From positions 3,540,001 through 3,572,000 of the forward strand of contig NZ_CP065936.1 in NCBI RefSeq assembly GCF_003367075.2: DNA of 32,000 nucleotides. Direction: 5' to 3'. The stretch comes from Cylindrospermopsis raciborskii Cr2010 (lineage in GTDB: Bacteria; Cyanobacteriota; Cyanobacteriia; Cyanobacteriales; Nostocaceae). Positions 1 through 8,567 of the stretch are shown one piece after another. Position numbers and translations under genes: made by a program. Numbering within the stretch: position 1 is the first letter of the stretch; the number at the start of each line of letters is the position of its first letter. Under the pieces are notes generated by a model, which was given only the letters and a program-made list of their open reading frames with translations, was not told the DNA's origin and did no database searches.

Positions 1-834
1 TTTAAAACCTATGGTACAGATATTGGTTTGATCATTCACACTGCGGCTCAACCATCCCACGATTGGGCGGCTAAAGATCCCTATACCGACTTTTCCGTCA
101 ATGCCAATGGCACTTTAGTTTTATTAGAAAACACGCGGCAATACTCTCCGGATGCGGTCTTTATCTTTTGCTCGACCAACAAAGTCTATGGAGATACTCC
201 GAATCGCTTACCGTTACTAGAAGAAGAACTGCGCTGGGAAATTAACCAAACCCATCCGTACTACCAAGGAATTGATGAAAACATGAGTATAGATCATTCT
301 ATGCACTCTTTGTTTGGAGCTTCAAAGTTAGCGGCGGACGTACTAGTGCAGGAATATGGACGCTATTTCAACATGAAGACCGTTGCATTTCGAGGAGGAT
401 GTTTGACAGGACCAAGCCACTCTGGTACTCAACTACACGGCTTTTTATCTTACCTGATGAAATGTACAATGACCGGCGAACCTTATCAGATACTTGGCTA
501 CAAAGGCAAGCAGGTTCGTGATAATATCCACAGCTACGATTTAGTAAATGCCTTTTACCATTTTTACCAAAACCCGCGAGTTGGTGAAGTATACAACATA
601 GGTGGAAGTCGTTTTAGTAATTGCTCAATGTTGGAAGCGGTTCAGCACTGCCAAGCAATTACTGACAAAAAGCTGAACTGGCAATACATAGAAGTGAACC
701 GCATAGGCGACCACATTTGGTGGATTAGTGATGTTCAAAAATTTAAAAATCATTATCCTCGTTGGGAGCTAAGTTACACAATAACTGATATTTTGAAAGA
801 GATTTTTACCAAAAATGTTAGCCGCTGGAACTAG
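1..834 (+). CDS. NAD-dependent sugar-nucleotide epimerase/dehydratase (extended SDR, CDP-paratose/tyvelose 2-epimerase-like), 5' end outside window
   Basis: Frame 1 is open from nt 1 ([10 protein letters not shown] precedes the listed Met at 28), so the gene starts upstream of the window. The blocks [27 protein letters not shown] and VYNIGGS are typical of extended-SDR sugar-nucleotide enzymes. Stop at 832-834. Subfamily is assigned from memory only. Confidence 0.8.
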   Translation, partial: FKTYGTDIGLIIHTAAQPSHDWAAKDPYTDFSVNANGTLVLLENTRQYSPDAVFIFCSTNKVYGDTPNRLPLLEEELRWEINQTHPYYQGIDENMSIDHSMHSLFGASKLAADVLVQEYGRYFNMKTVAFRGGCLTGPSHSGTQLHGFLSYLMKCTMTGEPYQILGYKGKQVRDNIHSYDLVNAFYHFYQNPRVGEVYNIGGSRFSNCSMLEAVQHCQAITDKKLNWQYIEVNRIGDHIWWISDVQKFKNHYPRWELSYTITDILKEIFTKNVSRWN

Positions 835-869
835 AAATCAATCATGAGCAGACAATTTTTAATTGGGGG

Positions 870-2078
870 TTATAGCTTGCTTGTCATGTAATGCCAAATT
901 TCATCCACTGCCCTTTTAACTCCACCAGCAGCATGACAGGCATCGCCCAATCGACGAAGATTAACTCTAAAAGAATTATTAGTTAAAAGTTGCTGTGCAG
1001 TTTGTCGTAGATTTTCTACCGTACTGTCTTTTAAAAACATCATAATTCCTGCACCCTGCTCCTCAATACGACGAGAAATAATTTCCTGCTCATAGGTTTG
1101 TGGTACTGCAATCATCGGTACTGAATAGGAAATAGCTTCTCTTGTGCCACCAGCTCCTCCGTGCATAATAAACAAACTGGCACGTTCTAAAATTTTTAAT
1201 TGAGGAACCGTGCCATTGGGTCTGATGATAAAGTTTTCGGGAATATCCCCCAAAACACTTACATCTATGGTAGGACTTAATATCATTACTACTTGAGCAT
1301 CAATATTACCAAATGCCTGAATACAGTTCTGATAGAATCTCACTCCTGGATCGTGAGCAGTGCCAAAAGAAATAAGAATTACCTTGTCCTTTTGTAGTTT
1401 TTCCAAAGGAAAATCAAATTCGATACCCCTTATAAGGTTACAAGGTCCAACGAAATGAAATTGCTGACTAAACTGATTAAACTTATAGTGATAGGGTTGC
1501 AGTTCTACTGGCAAGTAACATAAGTTTAACGGTTCAATATTGGTAAATGTATCTACAAACTTAATTGGTGGCAGTCCATAGGTTAACCGCAATTCTTTTT
1601 GGTATTTTCGATAATATTTCATACCCTCTGCAGCTTGTTTTAAAAAAAAGGGCAGTTTTTTTCTCAACCACGGACATTCATAAAATGTTTGGGGGGTAAA
1701 AGCAGCTGTAGAGATAGAATTTATGGCGGGAATATTGAGAATTTGCCCCAATAATCTCCCCCAAAGACATAGGGAATCATGAATAATATAATCTGGTTTC
1801 TCTTTACTCACAGACTCTATTAATTCTGGGAGCATCTGATGGGCACACCAGATTAACGAGGGAACTAAAGACATTTCATTTTCTGCAGGTGGCGCTGTTT
1901 CAGGATTTAGGGTTGGATAAGGGCGAAACTTGGCACCAAAGGATAATATTTCTCCTTCAAAGCTAGGTACTTCATAGTAAATTACCTCTTCGCCTCTGTC
2001 AATTAATTCTTTAACCAGTCCAAAAGTTGGGATGATATGGCCCGGTGCTGAAACATTGAAGAACATTACACGACTCAT
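870..2078 (-). CDS. GT1 glycosyltransferase, MGT family (macrolide/OleD/CrtX-type UDP-glycosyltransferase)
   Basis: 402-aa ORF. N-terminal FNVSAPGHIIPTFGLVKELIDRGEEVIYY and C-terminal HGGAGGTREAISYSVPMIAVPQTYEQ...EEQGAG (UDP-sugar binding signature). The ATG at 2078-2076 overlaps the TGA of the upstream ABC gene (ATGA). Confidence 0.8.
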   Translation of the reverse strand: MSRVMFFNVSAPGHIIPTFGLVKELIDRGEEVIYYEVPSFEGEILSFGAKFRPYPTLNPETAPPAENEMSLVPSLIWCAHQMLPELIESVSKEKPDYIIHDSLCLWGRLLGQILNIPAINSISTAAFTPQTFYECPWLRKKLPFFLKQAAEGMKYYRKYQKELRLTYGLPPIKFVDTFTNIEPLNLCYLPVELQPYHYKFNQFSQQFHFVGPCNLIRGIEFDFPLEKLQKDKVILISFGTAHDPGVRFYQNCIQAFGNIDAQVVMILSPTIDVSVLGDIPENFIIRPNGTVPQLKILERASLFIMHGGAGGTREAISYSVPMIAVPQTYEQEIISRRIEEQGAGIMMFLKDSTVENLRQTAQQLLTNNSFRVNLRRLGDACHAAGGVKRAVDEIWHYMTSKL

Positions 2079-3742
2079 GGGGAATCTCCTGACATGTTAA
2101 TAACTACTTGATGGAATTTTTTTAGGGTGGGTCGATGTCCAACACTAACAAAGGTTGTATTCATACTTATCAAAAAATTGTACAACTTTTCTTCATTTTT
2201 TAAATCTAAAGCACTGGTAGCTTCGTCTAAAATAACATATTTGGGTTTGGCAACTAAAAGTCTGCCAAAGGCTAATCTTTGCTGTTCCCCCAGGGAAAGA
2301 ATTTCACTCCAATCTTGCTCTCTATTTAAACCTCCAAATCTTTCTATCAGGTAGGATAAACCAACTTTTTCAACTACTTGATAAAGTTCTTCATCACTAA
2401 TATCAGTGTGGTTATATGGATAAATTAGCTGTTCTCTGAGAGTGCCTAAAATCATGTAAGGACGCTGAGGCAAAAATAAAATTTCTGATAGTTCAGGGCG
2501 GACAATTTCGCCGCTTCCTGATTTCCATAATCCCGCCAATGCTCGCAACAAAGAACTTTTTCCACAACCACTATCCCCCATAATCAAAAGGCTTTGATTG
2601 GGTTGAATTTCCAAGGAAAAATTTTCAAACAGGATTTTTTCGTAGTTAGGAGTGTATAAAGTTAGATTTCTAAAACCTAAATAATTATCTTTAGTGATGC
2701 CAATTTTATCTCTGTCAGCATTTGGTTTTTTTGGACGTTGGAAATATTCATGAAAGACATACAAGCGATTAATTGCTGCGGCAAATTTTGTAAATTTCTC
2801 AAATTGATACATAATCAAATTGACTGAAAATGCTACCTGGCCAAAGGCACCTCCAGCTTCTGTAACTTTGCCCACTTCAATCTCACCTGATAGCACTTGT
2901 TGACCCAAAATTAATGCCGGAATAATCCAGGGAAGATAACCAAATTGATATTTAAAAATATTTAGGTATATTTCTGACCAAAGAATTAGTTTCTGAAAAT
3001 TTTTAAATGCCAGGTTAAATATCTCTTTAACTTTCCTTGATTCTGGCAAAATTCCATTGTAAAAGGCTATGGATTCAGAATTTTCTCGGATGCGAATTAA
3101 ACTGAAACGAAAATCTGCCTCTTTTCTTAGCTGCTCAATGTTTAGCCTAGTTAATTTCTTGCCATAAAAAGCTATAGTAATTGTATAGGCTAGTAGGGAA
3201 TAAATAATTAAGACTAAAACTAGATTTGGTGAAATTGACCACAGAATAAAACTAAAAGCAACTACTACAAAAATTGACTCTACACAGTTGACTAAAAATT
3301 GAACCGATTGTTGACAAAAGTTGGTAATGTCTTCAGAAATGCGTTGATCTGGGTTATCAATCTCTTTATCAAAATTGTTCAATTCATAAAAAGCACGATC
3401 CCGAAAATATTCACCAAGAAAATGAGCTGTTAACCATCTGCGCCAATATATATTTATCATCTCTCGCAGATAACCATAGGCAGAGTTTAAACATCCAAAC
3501 AGAATAATGCCTAAAAAAGCAACTCCTATACCTTGCCAAAATCTGTTACTGTCGCGAGATGACAAGGCAGAAATTAAGTCTCCTTGAATACCATTTAAAA
3601 AGACCTTAACTTGGGTGTTACCTAATAGCAAAATACCCATTAGCAGAAGTAGAACGATTGCAGGTCGTTTTTCACCTTCTAACCAATAAAGTTTGGCGAT
3701 CGCCCAAAACTGTGACACTGCTTGTGGTTTAAATTTACTCAT
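2075..3742 (-). CDS. ABC transporter, fused permease-ATPase, ABC_membrane_2 (ABCD / SbmA-BacA / YddA-like) family
   Basis: 555 aa. The membrane domain carries WRRWLT...EIDNPDQRISEDITNF, the hallmark of the ABCD/YddA-type TMD. The NBD has Walker A GDSGCGKSS, signature LSLGEQQR, Walker B YVILDEATSALD and H-loop GHR. ATG verified at 3742-3740. Confidence 0.8.
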   Translation of the reverse strand: MSKFKPQAVSQFWAIAKLYWLEGEKRPAIVLLLLMGILLLGNTQVKVFLNGIQGDLISALSSRDSNRFWQGIGVAFLGIILFGCLNSAYGYLREMINIYWRRWLTAHFLGEYFRDRAFYELNNFDKEIDNPDQRISEDITNFCQQSVQFLVNCVESIFVVVAFSFILWSISPNLVLVLIIYSLLAYTITIAFYGKKLTRLNIEQLRKEADFRFSLIRIRENSESIAFYNGILPESRKVKEIFNLAFKNFQKLILWSEIYLNIFKYQFGYLPWIIPALILGQQVLSGEIEVGKVTEAGGAFGQVAFSVNLIMYQFEKFTKFAAAINRLYVFHEYFQRPKKPNADRDKIGITKDNYLGFRNLTLYTPNYEKILFENFSLEIQPNQSLLIMGDSGCGKSSLLRALAGLWKSGSGEIVRPELSEILFLPQRPYMILGTLREQLIYPYNHTDISDEELYQVVEKVGLSYLIERFGGLNREQDWSEILSLGEQQRLAFGRLLVAKPKYVILDEATSALDLKNEEKLYNFLISMNTTFVSVGHRPTLKKFHQVVINMSGDSP

Positions 3743-3823
3743 TTGAATGGGTTATTTTTGAGTTATTGAGTTATACTAGTCTAGTGGTTTACACTCATAA
3801 AACTTGTATAGTAGTTCTCCCAC

Positions 3824-3836
3824 TGGTAAATTACCA
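3824..3836. promoter_or_regulatory. perfect 13-bp palindrome TGGTAAATTACCA in the divergent ABC/MFS intergenic region (candidate operator)
   Basis: Read directly: TGGTAA-A-TTACCA at 3824-3836, nested between TTCTCC (3815-3820) and GGAGAA further downstream. It lies in the 243-nt divergent promoter region 3743-3985. No cognate regulator gene is visible in the window. Confidence 0.25.
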
Positions 3837-3985
3837 AAGTTGTCAGTTTTGGAGAACACCAAGCTCATAAAATAGGTGTACCTCACAATCCCCCAAAACG
3901 GTGAAAAGGCGGAAATATCCTCATACACGACAATATACAACCATCATAACACTATTCGAGCAAAATTTACTACGTTTATGTCAAC

Positions 3986-5269
3986 ATGTCTATTTTCAGA
4001 ATAATTTGGCTGGGACAACTATTTTACCTGATTGGTATCTCTATGACCAGTTTTGCTCTCAATATATCTGTATTTAGGCAAACAGGTTCAGCCACACAGT
4101 TCGCCTTACTCATGCTAACTTGCACCATACCACCGATCATTATTTCCCCTGTAGCAGGAACCTTGGTGGATAAATGGGATCGACGCATGACAATGATTAT
4201 TGCTCACATTATTATAGGAGTACTGACTCTAAGTTTGTTGATTATTGCGACTATTGGTCACATAGAAATCTGGCAAATTTATTTAATCAACATTTTTGCC
4301 TCCATAATTGGCACATTCAGTAACCCTGCGTATAAAGCCGCCATTACCTCTTTGGTTCCCGCAGAAGAACTATCAAGAGCCAGCGGGATGGTACAACTAT
4401 CTATGGGGATTCAGCAGATTGTCGGACCTTTAATTGCAGGTGCAATTTTGGATGTAATCCATCTACAAGGGATTTTAACAATTGATTTTCTAGGATTATT
4501 AATTGCCCTAACCACTCTGATATCAGTCAAGTTTGGTGAGAAAATCCATCAGACTGAGGAAAACAATTACCAACCAAGTATATCCTTTTTATGGCGAGAC
4601 GTTACGGATGGTTGGACTTATTTGATCAAATGTCCTGGACTAACAAGTCTTGTGATTATTTTGACAGTTTATCAATTTTCAATTGGCTTCGTGACTGTAC
4701 TATTTTATCCTTTGGCTCTGAGTCTAACTACCCCATCTGAACTGGGAAAAATCGTGTTTCTTAGTGGTATTGGTATGATTTTGGGATCCCTATTGATGAG
4801 TAGTTGGAAATACCAATGGCAAAACTTAATTACCACAATTCTGATAGCTATGTCATTGAGCGGAATGGCTATAGCCATTGGCGGTTCACGTCCCTCGTTA
4901 CTGCAAATGTATATTGGCACCATACTATTTTTCTTTAATACCCCCTTCATTAATGGCATGATTCAAATTCTCTTCCAAACAAGAGTTGCTGAAAACTTAC
5001 AGGGAAGAGTCTTTGCTCTAACTGGTGCAATTTCAAGCGCTGCAACACCTTTAGCATCCATAGTTGCCGCACCCCTATCTGACTATGTATTTGAACCATT
5101 AATGGGATTTGATGGCACTTGGTCAAAAGCACTTATAGGCCAGTTAATAGGTACTGGTCCTGGTCGTGGTACTGGACTTTTATTTGTAATAGTTGGTTGT
5201 TTCATTACAACAACTGCCATCATTGCTTCCCAACATCCTAAAATTCGCCAATTAGAACTTGCCGAGTAA
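3986..5269 (+). CDS. MFS transporter (DHA3 / macrolide-efflux / EntS-like)
   Basis: 427 aa, hydrophobic throughout with about 12 predicted TM stretches. Has the loop 2-3 motif GTLVDKWDRR and the C-terminal motif PLSDYVFEP...GTGPGRGTGLLF. ATG verified at 3986. Confidence 0.75.
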   Translation: MSIFRIIWLGQLFYLIGISMTSFALNISVFRQTGSATQFALLMLTCTIPPIIISPVAGTLVDKWDRRMTMIIAHIIIGVLTLSLLIIATIGHIEIWQIYLINIFASIIGTFSNPAYKAAITSLVPAEELSRASGMVQLSMGIQQIVGPLIAGAILDVIHLQGILTIDFLGLLIALTTLISVKFGEKIHQTEENNYQPSISFLWRDVTDGWTYLIKCPGLTSLVIILTVYQFSIGFVTVLFYPLALSLTTPSELGKIVFLSGIGMILGSLLMSSWKYQWQNLITTILIAMSLSGMAIAIGGSRPSLLQMYIGTILFFFNTPFINGMIQILFQTRVAENLQGRVFALTGAISSAATPLASIVAAPLSDYVFEPLMGFDGTWSKALIGQLIGTGPGRGTGLLFVIVGCFITTTAIIASQHPKIRQLELAE

Positions 5270-5276
5270 AAACCGC

Positions 5277-6647
5277 TTATGAATCTTTCACAACTTCCTT
5301 AGCGGAAATGCTAAACTCATCGTTGGTTTCTAAATTTTTATCTTTCCAATTAAAATGGGTATAGAAAATAATAGACAGACAAAATAGTATCATTCCCGCC
5401 ATAATTATTAAGAGTCCAATCCCCCTTCCTTCACCAGTCCCTATAATTGACCCCATACTAGTAGATAGTAAACCACCTTCTAATAACATCGGTTCAAACA
5501 AATCGTCGCTCAAAGGACTAGCAGTTAGATTACCAATAGCTAATGCTAACCCTATTACTGTGTTAAATAAAGAAAGAACACGACCTTGAATATTGCCATT
5601 AACACTAGACTGCCAAATCATGCTATTGGTGCTAAGAGTAATTGGTAATGAGAAAAATGATATAAAAAGACCAAGTGCAATAATGGGAATAGAAGGGGAA
5701 AATCCCGCAATTACCAATCCTACACCATTTAAGGCCGTAAAAGTAAACAGAGTAGAAGTATGTTTTTTACCTCCTCCCCAAAGGGTCATGCTTAAACTAC
5801 CACCTACCATTCCACAAGCAGCTATTGACATAATAACACTAAAACTCTGAGTGGAAGAAAATGATAAAACTAGAGGGTTTATCAAAACCGTTGTCATACC
5901 ATCTACTAAAAAATGAATGCTCATGAATGCTAGCAAAATTAATAAAGTATTATTCTCGACAACGGCATTCCAACCATAAGCAATATCGTGAATAATCGTA
6001 TTAACTCTCACACTCTGATTTGATTCAATTATGGGTTCCGGTTGAGGAATATCAATAATCAAAAGGGTAAGTAGTCCTACGAAATAGGAAGATAAGTCAA
6101 CCATCAGTAACCCCTGGATTTGTATATTAGCGAGGAGTATTCCCGCTAAAATTGGTGCCGTTAGTTGTCCCAGAGCTGTACTAAAGTGAATTAACCCATT
6201 TGCTCTCCCTATTTGGTGTTTCTTAACCATCATTGGTAAAGCTGCACCTTTAGCAATCATTTGAAAAGAACCACACACTGAAGTGCAAAATGCCGTTATG
6301 TAGGTATGCCAAACCTGTAAATTGTTTGTTAGTAGAAGCACTATAAGCGTTAGCGTTACAGTAGCTGCAGCTAGGTCACTAAAGATTATGGTCCATTTGC
6401 GATTCCATCTGTCTACTAATGCACCAACAAAAGGGGTGATTAATACCCCAGGCAGGGTTGTAAAAAAAACGACTAAGCTTAATCCGGCAACCTCATGAGT
6501 ATTTTGATAGACCCAGATTCCTAACCCAAATCCTGTTAAACGATTCCCAATCTCTGATACAGATTGTCCTAGCCAGAAAATAATGAAATTGCGCAATTCA
6601 TTAACTGTTTGCAGTAATTTAGTAATATGACTCACATGCTTAACCAA
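5277..6647 (-). CDS. MFS transporter (DHA3-like), paralog of 3986-5269
   Basis: 456 aa. Has GALVDRWNRK and PLSDDLFEP...GTGEGRGIGLLI, which align with the neighbouring MFS. The listed start at 6647 is TTG and GTG at 6635 is an alternative; there is no early in-frame ATG. Confidence 0.75.
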   Translation of the reverse strand: MVKHVSHITKLLQTVNELRNFIIFWLGQSVSEIGNRLTGFGLGIWVYQNTHEVAGLSLVVFFTTLPGVLITPFVGALVDRWNRKWTIIFSDLAAATVTLTLIVLLLTNNLQVWHTYITAFCTSVCGSFQMIAKGAALPMMVKKHQIGRANGLIHFSTALGQLTAPILAGILLANIQIQGLLMVDLSSYFVGLLTLLIIDIPQPEPIIESNQSVRVNTIIHDIAYGWNAVVENNTLLILLAFMSIHFLVDGMTTVLINPLVLSFSSTQSFSVIMSIAACGMVGGSLSMTLWGGGKKHTSTLFTFTALNGVGLVIAGFSPSIPIIALGLFISFFSLPITLSTNSMIWQSSVNGNIQGRVLSLFNTVIGLALAIGNLTASPLSDDLFEPMLLEGGLLSTSMGSIIGTGEGRGIGLLIIMAGMILFCLSIIFYTHFNWKDKNLETNDEFSISAKEVVKDS

Positions 6648-6698
6648 CTTTTACTATACTCCCCTACTACCCATCATACTACCATATCAAATATCACT

Positions 6699-8093
6699 CT
6701 AACTTTCTCCCCCCACAACCACATCTCTAATCCTTAAACTGGGTCCACCACAACCTACTGGTAACCCATTCTGTCCCCCCTTACCACATCCACCAGATTC
6801 ATCCCAGTGAAAATCATCCCCAATTCCTTCTATATCTGCTAAAGTCTGAAAAACATTGCCGGATAAGGTTACATCTTTTACCGGTTCCCCTATTGCACCA
6901 TTCCTAATCATCCATGCTTCACCCGCACTAAAGGTAAACATTTCTCCATTGGTCATTCCCCCTAACCAATTACGCGCATATACTCCTTCTTTAATATCTG
7001 TAAATAAATCCACCACTGGTGTTTTACCTCTTTCTATCCAAGTGTTGGTCATCCTCACAATAGGGGAAAAATGATAATCTAAGCAACGAGCATTACCTGT
7101 GGGCTTTTCTCCTAACTTACCCGCAGTTTCACGGGAGTGTAACCTTCCTACTAACACCCCATCCTCAATTAATTGGGTGGTTGTCGCTGGTGTCCCCTCA
7201 TCATCGTACAAATAACTACCCCGATGACCTGGAGATCCTGCACCATCAAAAATTTGTAGTTCCTCTGGACCAAAACGTCTCCCCAAGGTCATCACTTCCA
7301 GTAAATCTGGATTCTCATAGGCCATGTCCGCTTCTGAAAGATGACCGAAGGCTTCATGCACAAATAATCCTGTTAATATGGGGTCAATAACTACGGTGTA
7401 GGTGTTACCTTTGACTGGTGGTAGGGATAAGGCCGTGACTGCTCTTTGGGCAGCTCCCTGTATTATGGTATCTAAGTTGACTAAGTCATTATAATCTTTA
7501 CGTGAACCTACAGTTTCCCTTCCAGTTTGTACTGTGTCCCCATTCCTGGCTGTGGCAGCAAATCTCATTTCCATATCCACCCATGACTGCTCTATTAGGG
7601 TTCCTTCAGAAGTGGCAATTATTACTTTCTGACTACTATCGTTGTAACGAACGGATGTGGTCGTGATCCGAGGATCAACGCTCTTTAGTATTTCCCGGTA
7701 GCGATCGCATAATTGTTTTTTCTTTTTTAAAGGAACCGTGGATGGGTCAATACCAGTTATGCCCAGTTTGCAAGTGGATTGAATAACAGGAATAGGAGCG
7801 AGAATGGTTTGTTCATCTCCCACTGTGCGTGCTGCGGAGATAGCCTCTTGGATGCGTTCTTCAATATCGGCAATGTGGTTGAAGCTAGTTAAACCCCAAC
7901 CCCCTTTATGACAAGCCCGAATATGGGCACCCATAGAAACGCCTTCGCTAAGAGTTTCTACTTTATCACCACGCAATAAGATATCAGTTCCCTCTGCTTC
8001 TTCTAGTCGAATCATTAAGTAGTCAACCTGATCTTTATAGCGAGAAATCAGGTCAGTAAGTAAATCTTGGGTGTCCTTGGTTAGTCTAAACAT
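6699..8093 (-). CDS. tldD: TldD-family zinc metalloprotease
   Basis: 464 aa. HEAFGHLSEAD (HExxxH) motif and glycine-rich C-terminus GGCGKGGQNGLPVGCGGPS, typical of TldD/PmbA. ATG verified at 8093-8091. Confidence 0.85.
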   Translation of the reverse strand: MFRLTKDTQDLLTDLISRYKDQVDYLMIRLEEAEGTDILLRGDKVETLSEGVSMGAHIRACHKGGWGLTSFNHIADIEERIQEAISAARTVGDEQTILAPIPVIQSTCKLGITGIDPSTVPLKKKKQLCDRYREILKSVDPRITTTSVRYNDSSQKVIIATSEGTLIEQSWVDMEMRFAATARNGDTVQTGRETVGSRKDYNDLVNLDTIIQGAAQRAVTALSLPPVKGNTYTVVIDPILTGLFVHEAFGHLSEADMAYENPDLLEVMTLGRRFGPEELQIFDGAGSPGHRGSYLYDDEGTPATTTQLIEDGVLVGRLHSRETAGKLGEKPTGNARCLDYHFSPIVRMTNTWIERGKTPVVDLFTDIKEGVYARNWLGGMTNGEMFTFSAGEAWMIRNGAIGEPVKDVTLSGNVFQTLADIEGIGDDFHWDESGGCGKGGQNGLPVGCGGPSLRIRDVVVGGES

Positions 8094-8129
8094 CTTTCCA
8101 GTTTTGTTTATAAGCTTGGCTATAATTAT

Positions 8130-8567
8130 TCAACCATCTTGATTAGATCTAAAAACATATTTTTCAGCCACTTTCCAATAACGGGAAAATCTTTTCAGGT
8201 CAATAAAACCATCATAATCAAAAAAGGGTTCCACTCCTAATACTTCCAAATCCAAATGGGGACGAATCACATCACAAATTTGTGCAAATTTGGGACTAGG
8301 ACTCTTGGTAGTGATAACTAAACCGGTATTGTTTTCTCTAGCAAATCTAATCACTTCCTGTGCTATATCTCCCCGGCGAATTTCCACTGGTAACTCTATT
8401 AGACATTCATAAATGAAAGTTATTCTTTTTAAACTAAGTTGCCATTCTGCAATTAAAGCATCATCCCAGACCCAAATTGCTGGACTATCAGGATATTTCT
8501 TGAAAGCAGGACTGTGGGGACTTAAGCAGTCTCCGTTAACCCAAACTATTGGTTGATTCATATTCAA
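8130..8567 (-). CDS. hypothetical protein resembling a stand-alone photolyase/cryptochrome N-terminal alpha/beta domain
   Basis: The pattern IVWVNGDCLSPHSPAF...AIWVWDD...LKRITFIYECLIELPVEIRRGDIAQEVIRFARENN..LVIT matches the ivWfRrDLR...vf.fD...r..Fl.esL..L layout of photolyase N-domains. The protein is only about 143 aa with no FAD-binding domain. The listed start at 8567 is TTG directly abutting the HAD stop; ATG at 8561 is more likely. Confidence 0.45.
   Translation of the reverse strand: MNMNQPIVWVNGDCLSPHSPAFKKYPDSPAIWVWDDALIAEWQLSLKRITFIYECLIELPVEIRRGDIAQEVIRFARENNTGLVITTKSPSPKFAQICDVIRPHLDLEVLGVEPFFDYDGFIDLKRFSRYWKVAEKYVFRSNQDG

Noticed and set aside
2127-2354. 75-aa plus-strand ORF inside the ABC transporter gene
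   Set aside because: It lies entirely antisense to a strongly supported 555-aa CDS. The product is low-complexity with no motif. This is a typical shadow ORF.
4705-5132. Two minus-strand ORFs (84 and 60 aa) inside the first MFS gene
   Set aside because: They are antisense shadows of a well-supported membrane protein gene, with no start context or recognisable domains.
5593-7390. Plus-strand ORFs 5593-5850, 6856-7074 and 7181-7390
   Set aside because: All are embedded antisense in the second MFS gene or tldD. The sequences are unconvincing and the ORFs are short.
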